Notes under the pieces: generated by a model | Told to the model about the DNA's origin: nothing | Databases searched by the model: none | What the model saw: only the letters and a program-made list of their open reading frames with translations | Shown here: positions 20,864 to 30,189 of the stretch, piece after piece | How the letters are laid out: each line of letters starts with the position of its first letter | Position numbering within the stretch: the first letter of the stretch is position 1 | Source: Desulfobulbus propionicus DSM 2032 | GTDB taxonomy: Bacteria > Desulfobacterota > Desulfobulbia > Desulfobulbales > Desulfobulbaceae | Direction of reading: 5' to 3' | Length of the DNA stretch: 32,000 nt | Assembly: GCF_000186885.1 (NCBI RefSeq) | Contig: NC_014972.1 | Span: 1,170,001 to 1,202,000, forward strand | Made by a program: the position numbers and the translations under genes

Positions 20864-21135
20864 GGCGGACTCCGTGCCGGCGTGCGAACAACCGGTCTGC
20901 TCGCGTCGAGGCCTGGGGCGGCCGCAGGGCTTTTTGCGTGTTCATCGTGGATTGGCTGATGCTTTTTTTTTTCGTCGGGGTATAATCGTGCACCTTGGCG
21001 GTGGAGGAGCATTCGAGCTGTTTACCAGTGTTGTCCGGCCACGCGCAACGGGTATTTTCCGGCTGGTCCCAGCTTGCATTTTTCTGTCCCGACATCACCT
21101 TTTCGCCGCACCATTTCACGGAGGAACACAACCGC

Positions 21136-21831
21136 ATGACGGAACCAAGTGCCTTTGATTCCAACAACATCAAACTGCAACCCCTGCAACCCGTCGGCCT
21201 GATGGAGCAGTTCAATCTGCCGCCTAGGATGATTGCCTTTATCCGCCGCAATCAGCGGCCTATCTGGGGCGGGGTGATCGCGGTCGTTGTCCTGAGTCTG
21301 GGCATCGCCGCCTACAGTGCCTACCGCGACCATCGCGCCGCGCGGGCTGCCTCGGCCCTTGACGCTGCCATGATCGCTTCTGGCGACAAGCGCCAATTGC
21401 TGGAACAGGTGGTGCAGGATTACGGCGCCACCCCTTCGGCCCTGTGGGCGAAGATCGAGCTGGCTTTCCTGGAGGAACGCGAGGCCCAGCGGGCCAAGGC
21501 CATTGCCCGCCTGGAGGAGGTCAACGCCAGCCTCGCGGCCAGGTCCCTGCTCAAGCCCCTGATCCAGAACAAGCTGGCTGGACTGTACGAAAACGAAAAG
21601 CAGCTGGACAAGGCCATTGCCGCCTATACCGAGCTGGCGGCCAGGGAAGAGTTTGCCGCCGAGGCCTACAGGGCCTTGGGGCGGGTCAATGAGCAGTTGG
21701 GCAGGAAAGAGGAGGCCGCGGCCATGTATGACAAGTATCTCGAATTGGTCGGCGCGCAGCCGCCGGTGCAGGGGAAGACGGATCCGATTCGGGAAATGGT
21801 CCAATTCAGACGCAATCAATTGAACAAATAA
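21136..21831 (+). CDS. YfgM-like membrane-anchored tetratricopeptide protein
   Basis: Start chosen at ATG 21136 (MTEPSAFDSNN...); single TM IWGGVIAVVVLSLGIAAYSAY; TPR-like AEAYRALGRVNEQLGRKEEAAAMYDKYLELV. Confidence 0.7.
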   Translation: MTEPSAFDSNNIKLQPLQPVGLMEQFNLPPRMIAFIRRNQRPIWGGVIAVVVLSLGIAAYSAYRDHRAARAASALDAAMIASGDKRQLLEQVVQDYGATPSALWAKIELAFLEEREAQRAKAIARLEEVNASLAARSLLKPLIQNKLAGLYENEKQLDKAIAAYTELAAREEFAAEAYRALGRVNEQLGRKEEAAAMYDKYLELVGAQPPVQGKTDPIREMVQFRRNQLNK

Positions 21832-22700
21832 TGGACATCATCAACACCCCTCAGGAAATGTATGCCTGGTCCAGGGATCGGGCAATCTCGGGCAAGTGTG
21901 TCGGTCTGGTGCCGACCATGGGCTATTTTCACGAGGGCCATCTCAGCCTGATGCGCAGGGCGGGGACCCTGTGTGATCAGGTGGTGGTCAGCCTGTTCGT
22001 CAATCCCACCCAGTTCGGTCCCAATGAGGATCTGGACCGCTATCCCCGCGATTTTGAACGCGACATGGACATGGTCCGCCAGGAGAAGGTGGCCGCGGTC
22101 TTTGCCCCGACCCCGCAGCTGATGTATCCCCAGGGATTCCAGACCGAAATACGCGTCAAGGAGCTGGCGACCTATTTGTGCGGCAAAAGCCGGCCGGTCC
22201 ACTTTGCCGGCGTGGTCACGGTGGTCACCAAGCTGCTCAACATCGTCCAGCCCGAGGTGGCGGTGTTCGGCGAGAAGGATTTTCAGCAGCTGGCGATCAT
22301 TCGCCGTCTGGTGGCCGATCTCAATATTCCGGTGCGGATTGTCGGCCATCCGATCGTGCGCGAAGCCGACGGCCTGGCCATGAGTTCACGCAACGCCAAC
22401 CTCGACCCGGCCAACCGGGCCGCGGCGCTCAGCCTGTCGACCGCCCTTGAGCTGGCACGGGCCCAGGCCGCCCGGGGGATGCGTTCGGTGGCCGAGCTGG
22501 CCCCGCTGCTGGAGCGGCATATTCATTCCTTTGCCGGCAATGTTATCGATTATGTCAGCTTTGTCGATTGCGACACCCTGGAGCCGATGAGTGAGATCAA
22601 CGAGCGTACCGTGCTCGCCTTGGCCGTCCATGTCGCCGGCAAGACCGGCCAGGTGCGGCTGATCGACAACGGCTATCTTCTGCCGCGGGCAGAGGGCTAA
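21831..22700 (+). CDS. panC: Pantoate--beta-alanine ligase
   Basis: VGLVPTMGYFHEGHLSLMRRA, VVSLFVNPTQFGPNEDLDRYPRD, HFAGVVTVVTKLLNIVQPEVAVFGEKDFQQL, MSSRNANL; ATG overlaps the preceding stop (TAATGG region). Confidence 0.97.
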   Translation: MDIINTPQEMYAWSRDRAISGKCVGLVPTMGYFHEGHLSLMRRAGTLCDQVVVSLFVNPTQFGPNEDLDRYPRDFERDMDMVRQEKVAAVFAPTPQLMYPQGFQTEIRVKELATYLCGKSRPVHFAGVVTVVTKLLNIVQPEVAVFGEKDFQQLAIIRRLVADLNIPVRIVGHPIVREADGLAMSSRNANLDPANRAAALSLSTALELARAQAARGMRSVAELAPLLERHIHSFAGNVIDYVSFVDCDTLEPMSEINERTVLALAVHVAGKTGQVRLIDNGYLLPRAEG

Positions 22701-22765
22701 TCGTTCGCCAGCGGCGCCGCACGGCTTTGCCGATCTTTTTTCTACAACACTGCAAGAGGTAAATT

Positions 22766-23965
22766 GTGCCTGGTTTTGAAATTTTTGGAGCAGAAGAAAA
22801 ACAGCAGGTTCTCGAGGTGCTGGACAGCGGCGTGCTGTTTCGCTACGAGTTTGCCGCCCAGCGGAACAATGTGTGGAAAGTACTGGAATTCGAACGGGCC
22901 TTTGCCGCCTATACCGGAGCCGCCCATGCCCAGGCGGTGACCTCCGGAACCGCGGCTCTCAAGGTCGCCCTGGCGGCGCTGGGCGTCGGTGCCGGGGACG
23001 AGGTGGTCACCCAGGGCTTCACCTTTGTCGCCACCTGGGAAGCGATCCTCGACTGTGGCGCCATCCCGGTGTTCACCGAGGTGGATTGGACCCTCAACAT
23101 GGACCCGGCCGATCTGGAGAAGAAGATTACCCCCAGGACCAAGGCGATCATCCCGGTGCACATGATGGGTGCCCAGGCCCGAATTGGGGAAATCAAGGCC
23201 ATTGCCGACCGCCACGCCATCCCGGTGATCGAGGATACGGCCCAGGCGGCCGGCGGCCGGCTGAACGGTCGCCACCTCGGCACCTTTGGCGCGGTGGGCA
23301 CCTTTTCCTTTGACGCGGTCAAGACCATGACCACCGGCGAGGGCGGCATGTGCATCACCAATGATGCCGGCTTGTGGCAGCGGATGTCCGAGTACCACGA
23401 CCACGGCCACGACCATGTGCCCAACCCCGGCGGCCGCGGCGGCGAAGGCCGGCCGTTCATCGGCTTCAACTACCGGATGATGGAAATTCAGGGGGCCATC
23501 GGTTTGGCCCAATTGGCCAAGCTGGACACCATTGTCGCGGAACAGAAGAAGAACAAACAGTTTTTCCAAGAGGCGGTGCGTGTGCTGCCTGGGGTTCGTT
23601 TTCGCGAGATCCTCGATCCCGAGGGCGATTCCGCCACCTTCCTCACCTTCATGCTGCCGGACAAGGAGCGGACCACGGCGGTCAACCAGGTACTGCGCGA
23701 CCAGGGCGTGGGCGCGGTTCGCTGGAGCGAGAATGGCTGGCATTACTATCCCAACTGGGAGCATCTGCTCGAGGGCAAGACCTACTGCCAAGGGGGCTGG
23801 CCCTTCGCCGCCCATGGCAAACGGCGCATCGTCTACGACCCGCAGGCCCTCCCCCAGTCGGCCGCAATCCTCGAACGCACACTCACCTATCAGGTGCCGA
23901 TCCTGCTGGCCGATGAACAGAAGGCCAAGATCGCCGCGGCCCTGCAACAGGCTGCCCGGATCTAA
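22766..23965 (+). CDS. DegT/DnrJ/EryC1-family sugar aminotransferase, probable 8-amino-3,8-dideoxy-KDO transaminase (KdnA-like)
   Basis: MPGFEIFGAEEKQQVLEVLDSGVLFRYEF...; AVTSGTAALKVALAALGVGAGDEV; IIPVHMMG; VIEDTAQAAGG; FSFDAVKTMTTGEGGM (PLP Lys); SDHG-like HDHGHDHVPNPGGRGGEGRPFIGFNYRMMEIQGAI; NGWHYYPNWEHL resembles Shewanella KdnA from memory. Confidence 0.85.
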   Translation: MPGFEIFGAEEKQQVLEVLDSGVLFRYEFAAQRNNVWKVLEFERAFAAYTGAAHAQAVTSGTAALKVALAALGVGAGDEVVTQGFTFVATWEAILDCGAIPVFTEVDWTLNMDPADLEKKITPRTKAIIPVHMMGAQARIGEIKAIADRHAIPVIEDTAQAAGGRLNGRHLGTFGAVGTFSFDAVKTMTTGEGGMCITNDAGLWQRMSEYHDHGHDHVPNPGGRGGEGRPFIGFNYRMMEIQGAIGLAQLAKLDTIVAEQKKNKQFFQEAVRVLPGVRFREILDPEGDSATFLTFMLPDKERTTAVNQVLRDQGVGAVRWSENGWHYYPNWEHLLEGKTYCQGGWPFAAHGKRRIVYDPQALPQSAAILERTLTYQVPILLADEQKAKIAAALQQAARI

Positions 23966-23981
23966 CTTCTTTCAAGCCATT

Positions 23982-24022
23982 CCTCCCGATGGAACGCACC
24001 AGTGGGTGTTCCATCAGGAGGG
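23982..24022. terminator. Long stem-loop between convergent genes, likely terminator
   Basis: CCTCCCGATGGAACGCACC / GGTGTTCCATCAGGAGG with one mismatch and a small bulge; overlaps the rsmJ 3' end. Confidence 0.6.
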
Positions 24023-24799
24023 CAGTGTTTCTTTCCCCGTCCCCACATAGACATCGAAACGCACCGCCTTGCCCTTGAGTGTATAGGAAGGGAGCCGGTC
24101 AGCGAGAAACGGTCCCTTGAGCGGTCGCTTGACCACCACCTTCCTGATTGCAAGGGCGAGAGCCGCCCGCAGCAGCTCTTCCGGAGGCTCGGTTTTTTGG
24201 TCAAGGAGCTGCAACAGACGCAGTTCCTGCTTGACCTTTGCTGTCTTGGTCCGCTGCGGAAACATGGGGTCCAGGTAGATCACCTCCGGCCGTTCGGTCA
24301 GCGTCGGCCAAAGGTCGAGAGCATTGGCTGCCCGCAGGCGGATTCGCGATGCGACCTCGCCTAGCCGGGGATCGGCTGCGGCCCGCTGCAAACCGTCCGC
24401 CAACAGGGCTGCGACCACGGGGTTGCACTCGAACATCCACACCCGAAAGCCGCTGGCGGCAAGGAGAAAGCCGTCCCGGCCAAGTCCGGCGGTGGCATCG
24501 ATCAACAGCGGCTGAACAGTGTGGCGCACCTTGGCCGCCCGGACCAGCAGTTCGTCACCCGGCCGCGACACACGGCGGCGGGCAGCCGGGCTGGCAAAAT
24601 CGACCCATAGGGCTCCGGGCAGCTCCGGGTCGCCGGGTTTGCACAGTTCCAGGTGATCGGAGGTGAACCGCAGCAGCAGATCGGCGGCCAAAGGCTCGCT
24701 GACCACCGGAACGCCGAGGGCTTCGGCCAGGACCTGGACACGGTTGGCCGAACTGTGCGGCTCGGCGAGCAGGGCCAGGGAGAGGGGCGAGACGGCCAT
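24014..24799 (-). CDS. rsmJ: 16S rRNA (guanine1516-N2)-methyltransferase (RsmJ)
   Basis: LLIDATAGLGRDGFLLAASGFRVWMFECNPVVAALLADGL; VIYLDPMFPQRTKTAKVKQELRLL; VVVKRPLKGPFL. Confidence 0.93.
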   Translation of the reverse strand: MAVSPLSLALLAEPHSSANRVQVLAEALGVPVVSEPLAADLLLRFTSDHLELCKPGDPELPGALWVDFASPAARRRVSRPGDELLVRAAKVRHTVQPLLIDATAGLGRDGFLLAASGFRVWMFECNPVVAALLADGLQRAAADPRLGEVASRIRLRAANALDLWPTLTERPEVIYLDPMFPQRTKTAKVKQELRLLQLLDQKTEPPEELLRAALALAIRKVVVKRPLKGPFLADRLPSYTLKGKAVRFDVYVGTGKETLPS

Positions 24800-24922
24800 G
24801 TATTTTCGTTGTAACCTGATGGATTGTTTGGTGATTGCCTTTTGTCCGGCCGCACTGTATCATGGCGCGCAGGAAAAGAACAAAAGAATGATGCTCTCTT
24901 GAGAGAAACTGCAGGAACGCCG

Positions 24923-25684
24923 ATGAGCACAGTCGAGTCAAAGATTATCGCCATTATCCCCGCCCGTTATCAGTCAAACCGCTTTGAGGGCAAGCCGCTG
25001 GCCCTGATTGCCGGCAAGCCCATGATTCAACATGTGGTGGAGCGGGCCCAGCGGGTCACGCTGCTTTCCCGGGTGGTGGTGGCCACCGACGATGAACGCA
25101 TCGCCCGGGCGGTCGAGGCCTTTGGCGGTTCCTGGGTGATGACCCGGCGCGACCATGCCACCGGCACCGATCGCCTGGCCGAGGCGGCCAGGCTGCTCGA
25201 CATTGCCGACCAGGATGTGATTGTCAATATACAGGGGGATCAACCCCTGTTTTCCCCGGAAATTGTCGAGCAGGTGGCCCGGCCGCTGATCGACGATCCC
25301 TCCCTGCCCATGGCCACTCTGATCTACAAGATTGTCCGCCCGGAGGAAATCACCGATCCCAACCACGTCAAGACCGTGTTCGACTGTCACGGCAATGCCC
25401 TCTACTTTTCCCGCTCGCCCATCCCCTTCCAGCGCGATCCCGGCGACCGGGAACAGCCGACCTATTACAAGCATCTCGGTTTCTATGCCTATCGCAAAGG
25501 ATTTCTGGTGACCTTTGTCGGTCTGCCCGAAGGTCAATGGGAGCGGTTTGAAAAATTGGAGCAATTGCGCGCCCTGGAGTTCGGCTATTCCATCCGGGTG
25601 GTGCTGACCGATCACGATTCGGTGGAGGTCGACACACCCAAGGATCTGCTCCGGGTGGAAGAGTTGTTGCAGGCGACGCGGTGA
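24923..25684 (+). CDS. kdsB: 3-deoxy-manno-octulosonate cytidylyltransferase
   Basis: IIAIIPARYQSNRFEGKPLALIAGKPMIQHVVERA, VVVATDDERIARAV, VMTRRDHATGTDRLAEAA, VNIQGDQPLFSPEIV, YKHLGFYAYRKGFL. Confidence 0.97.
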   Translation: MSTVESKIIAIIPARYQSNRFEGKPLALIAGKPMIQHVVERAQRVTLLSRVVVATDDERIARAVEAFGGSWVMTRRDHATGTDRLAEAARLLDIADQDVIVNIQGDQPLFSPEIVEQVARPLIDDPSLPMATLIYKIVRPEEITDPNHVKTVFDCHGNALYFSRSPIPFQRDPGDREQPTYYKHLGFYAYRKGFLVTFVGLPEGQWERFEKLEQLRALEFGYSIRVVLTDHDSVEVDTPKDLLRVEELLQATR

Positions 25685-25712
25685 TCCATTCCTTGCAGAC
25701 GCTTCGAGGTAC

Positions 25713-28073
25713 ATGCTAGGCATGGCCGGAACGCGGCAGCTCAAGGCACAGCTGCAGTTTCTGACATCGCAGGGATTTTCCGTTCTTGATGTCCTGCCGG
25801 AAAAAAGCCTGGCGGAAAAGATTACCGCTCTGGTGCTCGACAGCGCCGCCGGCGGAATATCGCCGGTGGTTTCGGCGATATTCAACAAGCTCAGGCAGCA
25901 GATCGAATCGCTCGATTCGAGCACGACCAAGGTGGTGGTGTTCGGCGGCGGCACCGGACTGTCCAACATCATCGGCGGTGATTCCCGGCGGCTCGGGTGG
26001 GCGCGCGCGCCCTTCACCGGGTTGAAACAGGTGTTTCCCCTGGTCAGCTCGGTGGTTTGCGTCACCGACGACGGCGGCTCCACCGGCGAATTGCAAAAAG
26101 ATGTTCCTCTGATAGCCTTGGGCGATCTCCGTCATGTGCTGATCGCCTCGATCCGGAGCGAAGCCCTCATCAAAGGATACGGACTCGATCCGGTCGGCGC
26201 CAGCCGCTGTGCCGCGGCCCTGCACGCTCTGTTCAACTACCGGTTCATTTCCCGGCCCGATTCGGCCGTGCAGCTGCTCCAGGATACGAACGCGGTCCTG
26301 GCCGACGTGCCGCAGCCGATGCTCGTGTATCTGAGGAAACTGACCTCGCTACTCTACACCGACGGGCGCCTGGCTCCCACCCTGCAACGGCCTCAGTGCC
26401 TGGGGAATCTTCTGCTGGCGGCGGCGATCTACAAGCAGCTTGATCCGGCACTGACCGCCACCCAGCTGCTGGCCTCGCATCAGGTGGTGCGCACCGCGAC
26501 CATCCGTGGACTGGCCGAGCTGGCGGCCTGTCTGGGAGTCCGGCCCAATGCGGTCCTGCCCTGCACCACCACCCTGTCGCAGCTGCAGATGCTGTACGGC
26601 AACGGGGTGCTGGTCACGAGCGAGGATAAATCGGGCAAGGCGCGGCGCGGCTATCCGGTGGACCGGGTGCTGGTGGAGTTCAGTCGGCCGCCCTTTCTCC
26701 AACCCGAGGTGGTTCGGTTGGTGCAAGAGGCCGATATCATTCTCTTTGCTCCGGGAAGCCTGTACACCTCGATCATCCCTATTCTCCAGGTGCCCGGCCT
26801 GGCCGAGGCCATCCGCCGCAACCGTTCGGCCCTCAAGGTGCTGGTGGCCAACATCTGGGTGCAGAAGGGAGAGACCGATGTCGCCCGCGATGCGCCGGAC
26901 CGCAAATTTTACGTCTCCGATCTGATCCGGGCCTATCATCGCAATATCCCCGGCGGTGTTCGCGACCTGTTTTCCCATGTGATCAGCCTCGACATGAGCG
27001 ATATTCCCGGGTCCGTGCTGCAACGGTACGCCCTGGAAGACAAGGAGCCGATCTACATTGACCGCAACCGGGTCCGGTCGTTGGGATTCGGCTCCATCGA
27101 GGCCCGGGTGTTTTCCGAGGAGTTGCTGCGGCAGCGAGGGTCCATTCAGCACGATCCCGATGCCTTGGCCCGGGCGATCAAGGGACTGTGGGCCCTGCAG
27201 CAGGCCGGCTTCCTTGTTCCTCCGGCCGGCACGGAGGCTCTTCCCGCCGCTGACCTGGTTTTTCTTGGCGACCATCCGGTGCGGAGTGCGCCGTGCCTGC
27301 GCTACGACAGGATTCGCTCGCAACTGTATGCCCTCAGCACCGAGCTGATCCCGGCCGGTTCCCTGACCATGGTCAAGATGACCGAGATGGAACGCAAGTG
27401 GCTCCTGGACCGGGTGGTGGAAATCATCTGGCTCCATCCCGACATTCCTTTGGAACACTTACATTTTCTTCGGGGGATCACCCTGGTGGATCGGGGGGCC
27501 TGGAAACGCTGCCAAGAGTGGGACAACGTCTTTTCCTTTTACGATCCGCACGATCAGCGGATCAAGATTCGCCAGGACCAGGCGCAAAATCTCAACCGGT
27601 TCGAGATGGTCTTGCTCGTCGCCCTGGGGCAGTCGCTGCTGGGCAACTATGCGCAGGAAAAGCGCATGGACGACCTGATGGTGGACGGCGAGCCGGTGGG
27701 CCGGGTCTACCGGCTCAAGGTCAGGGAGCAAGAGCAGTTGAACAGCTTCCTGGAACCCGGCGACATCGACGCCTACTTGCGGCTTTCGCGGATGCACCGG
27801 ATGCGGGGGGAGGAACGGCTGTATACCCGGGTGATCAACCCCGGTGAAGGTTTCACTCCGCCGGGGCTGTTTTTCGGCCTTTTTTATGCCTGGTACCTGG
27901 ACAACCGTTTCGCGGCCAACATAGAATACAAGATGTCCATCATGCGCAATACCATTTCGGACCTTATCCCTGAACAGGTGCGGATCGTCGAACGTCGCCG
28001 GCGGACGATCGACTTTTTCCGCGAACGAATCTTCAGGCAACGATCTCCTCTTCTTTCCGGAAGAATGCCGTGA
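25713..28073 (+). CDS. CofD/YvcK-like protein with long N- and C-terminal extensions (786 aa)
   Basis: TKVVVFGGGTGLSNIIGG, VCVTDDGGSTGELQKDV, ALGDLRHVLIA, LFAPGSLYTSIIPILQVPGLAEAIR are YvcK/CofD signatures; C-terminal ~330 aa unassigned. Confidence 0.85.
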   Translation: MLGMAGTRQLKAQLQFLTSQGFSVLDVLPEKSLAEKITALVLDSAAGGISPVVSAIFNKLRQQIESLDSSTTKVVVFGGGTGLSNIIGGDSRRLGWARAPFTGLKQVFPLVSSVVCVTDDGGSTGELQKDVPLIALGDLRHVLIASIRSEALIKGYGLDPVGASRCAAALHALFNYRFISRPDSAVQLLQDTNAVLADVPQPMLVYLRKLTSLLYTDGRLAPTLQRPQCLGNLLLAAAIYKQLDPALTATQLLASHQVVRTATIRGLAELAACLGVRPNAVLPCTTTLSQLQMLYGNGVLVTSEDKSGKARRGYPVDRVLVEFSRPPFLQPEVVRLVQEADIILFAPGSLYTSIIPILQVPGLAEAIRRNRSALKVLVANIWVQKGETDVARDAPDRKFYVSDLIRAYHRNIPGGVRDLFSHVISLDMSDIPGSVLQRYALEDKEPIYIDRNRVRSLGFGSIEARVFSEELLRQRGSIQHDPDALARAIKGLWALQQAGFLVPPAGTEALPAADLVFLGDHPVRSAPCLRYDRIRSQLYALSTELIPAGSLTMVKMTEMERKWLLDRVVEIIWLHPDIPLEHLHFLRGITLVDRGAWKRCQEWDNVFSFYDPHDQRIKIRQDQAQNLNRFEMVLLVALGQSLLGNYAQEKRMDDLMVDGEPVGRVYRLKVREQEQLNSFLEPGDIDAYLRLSRMHRMRGEERLYTRVINPGEGFTPPGLFFGLFYAWYLDNRFAANIEYKMSIMRNTISDLIPEQVRIVERRRRTIDFFRERIFRQRSPLLSGRMP

Positions 28074-29824
28074 CCAGTCCCGTGCTTGTTTTTCTGTGCG
28101 CATTGCTCGCCGTGTATGCCCTGGCCACGGTGGTCTATTACTTCGCAGTCCTGCGCCCCCGCCTGCGTCGACCCCGGGCCGCAGCGGCAATCTCCTCGGA
28201 CGGCGTCGAGACGGCGGATCGGGCGGCGTTCGAGCGCGAGCAAACGCAGACCCTCGGCCCGGAAGTGGGCCGCGCCCTCGAAGAATGGCGCTATACCTTC
28301 GATGCCATTGTCGATCCCGTCCTCATTCTCAATACCGAGCTGCAGATCGTCAAGGCCAACAAAGCCGCCAGGCAACTGCTCTCGGTCAACGGTGCGGCCA
28401 TCGAGGGCAAGACCTGCCATCGGCTGTTCGCCGGGTTGGACACCGTCTGCCCGCTGTGCCCGGCGCAGACCGTGCAGCACGAACGCAAACCGCACCGGCA
28501 GGAAATCACCCAGCGCTATCTCGGCCGGACCTTTGCCGTCTCCTGTTCTCCCCTGTTCCATGCGGACCGGATTGTCGGCTTTATTTATTCGGCCAAGGAT
28601 ATCAGCGTGCAGCGCAACCTGGAAAAACGTCTGGTGCATGCGCACAAGTTGGAATCCATCGCCACGCTTGCCGGTGGTATTGCTCATGATTTCAACAATA
28701 TCCTCGGGGCCATCCTCGGCAATGCCGATCTGCTCCTGTATCGCCTGCCGGACAAGGAAGGAAGAGGCGAATCATCGATGGGGCCGCCCATCACCTACGA
28801 GGAGATCGGCGAGCATGTCCAGGCGATGCGCAGGGCCGGCAACCGGGCCAAGGATTTGGTCGCCCAGATCCTTGCCTTCAGCCGTCAGTCGACCAACCAG
28901 CGGCGCGGCCTGCTGATCGCTCCGGTGATCAAGGAATCCTGCCGCCTGTTGCGTGCCTCCCTGCCGGCAACCATTGAACTCAAGGTGGAAATCGCCGATA
29001 CTGTGGGCATGATCTACGCCGATCCGGGACAGATGCAACAGGTGGTCATGCACCTGTGCACCAATGCCGCTCAGTCGCTGGAGAACAAGACGGGGACGAT
29101 TGAAGTTTCTTTGCGGGAGATCGAAACCGGAAGGGCGGAACAGCTCCGCTACCACGATTTGATGCCGGGACGATATGTTGTCCTGACGGTCAGGGACACC
29201 GGCAAGGGCATGCCGCCGGAGATGCTGGAGCGGATCTTTGATCCTTTTTACACCACCCGCGAGGTGGGCGAGGGGTCGGGCATGGGGCTGGCCGTGCTTC
29301 ATGGCATCATTGTTTCCCATGACGGGGTGATCGACGTCAAGTCAGAGGTGGGCAAGGGGTCGGTGTTTAGCGTCTTTTTCCCGCGGTTGCAGGACGTGGC
29401 GGGCGAGGAGGGAGAGCAGACAGTCGCCATGCCTCGCGGCACGGAAACCATCCTCTTTGTCGACGACGAGGAAGATATCGTCAGCATGCGCACCCGAATG
29501 CTTTCCTATCTGGGGTACCGCGTGCTGCCGGCAACCAGCCCGGAGCAGGCCCTGGGGTATTTCACCAGGGGCGAGGAACGTATCGATCTGTTGATCACCG
29601 ATCATACCATGCCGAGGATGACCGGACTGCAGCTGGCGGCGGAAATCAATGCCCTGTATCCGGATTTGCCGATCATCCTCTGCTCGGGGTATAGTGAAGC
29701 GGTGACCCTGGAAGAAGCATTGGAGGCCGGGGTTCGCCGTTTCTTGGCCAAGCCGGTGGACATGCGGCTGCTGGCCCTGGCCATCCGGGAACTTCTGCCC
29801 AATCGTGACGGAGGGAAGCCATGA
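28070..29824 (+). CDS. Membrane-anchored hybrid sensor histidine kinase (TM-PAS-HisKA-HATPase-REC)
   Basis: GTG start overlapping previous stop (GTGA); TM VLVFLCALLAVYALATVVYYFAVL; PAS with TCHRLFAGLDTVCPLCPAQ; H-box GIAHDFNNILGAI; GTGKGMPPEMLERIFDPFYTT-like and GSGMGLAVLHGI; REC ETILFVDDEED...LLITDHTMPRMTG. Confidence 0.93.
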   Translation: MTSPVLVFLCALLAVYALATVVYYFAVLRPRLRRPRAAAAISSDGVETADRAAFEREQTQTLGPEVGRALEEWRYTFDAIVDPVLILNTELQIVKANKAARQLLSVNGAAIEGKTCHRLFAGLDTVCPLCPAQTVQHERKPHRQEITQRYLGRTFAVSCSPLFHADRIVGFIYSAKDISVQRNLEKRLVHAHKLESIATLAGGIAHDFNNILGAILGNADLLLYRLPDKEGRGESSMGPPITYEEIGEHVQAMRRAGNRAKDLVAQILAFSRQSTNQRRGLLIAPVIKESCRLLRASLPATIELKVEIADTVGMIYADPGQMQQVVMHLCTNAAQSLENKTGTIEVSLREIETGRAEQLRYHDLMPGRYVVLTVRDTGKGMPPEMLERIFDPFYTTREVGEGSGMGLAVLHGIIVSHDGVIDVKSEVGKGSVFSVFFPRLQDVAGEEGEQTVAMPRGTETILFVDDEEDIVSMRTRMLSYLGYRVLPATSPEQALGYFTRGEERIDLLITDHTMPRMTGLQLAAEINALYPDLPIILCSGYSEAVTLEEALEAGVRRFLAKPVDMRLLALAIRELLPNRDGGKP

Positions 29825-30189
29825 GAATTTTAGTCATTGACGATGACGAGCAGATGCGGATTTTGCTGCGTCAGGTGATGGAATGGGCGGGCTACGAGGT
29901 CACCGAGGCTGGGGATGGCCGCGAGGGCATGCACAAACAGCGCCGACAGCCGGCCAATTTGGTGATCACCGACCTAATCATGCCGGAGCAGGAGGGGCTG
30001 AAAACCATCACCTCGCTCAAGAAGGAGTTCCCGGAGGTCAAGATCATTGCCATCTCCGGCGGCGGTCGTATCGGGCCGGAGGCCTATCTGCCGGCGGCGC
30101 AGGAGCTGGGGGCGGACAGGGTGTTCAGCAAGCCCTTCGAAGTTCGGGAACTGGTCGATGCGGTCAAGGAGCTACTTGAACATGAATGA
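29821..30189 (+). CDS. Stand-alone response regulator receiver protein
   Basis: RILVIDDDEQMRILLRQVMEWAG...NLVITDLIMPEQEGLKTI...IIAISGGGR...DRVFSKPFEVRELV; 4-nt overlap with the preceding gene. Confidence 0.93.
   Translation: MRILVIDDDEQMRILLRQVMEWAGYEVTEAGDGREGMHKQRRQPANLVITDLIMPEQEGLKTITSLKKEFPEVKIIAISGGGRIGPEAYLPAAQELGADRVFSKPFEVRELVDAVKELLEHE

Noticed and set aside
22742-23947. 401-aa minus-strand ORF
   Set aside because: Antisense to the well-supported DegT-family aminotransferase.
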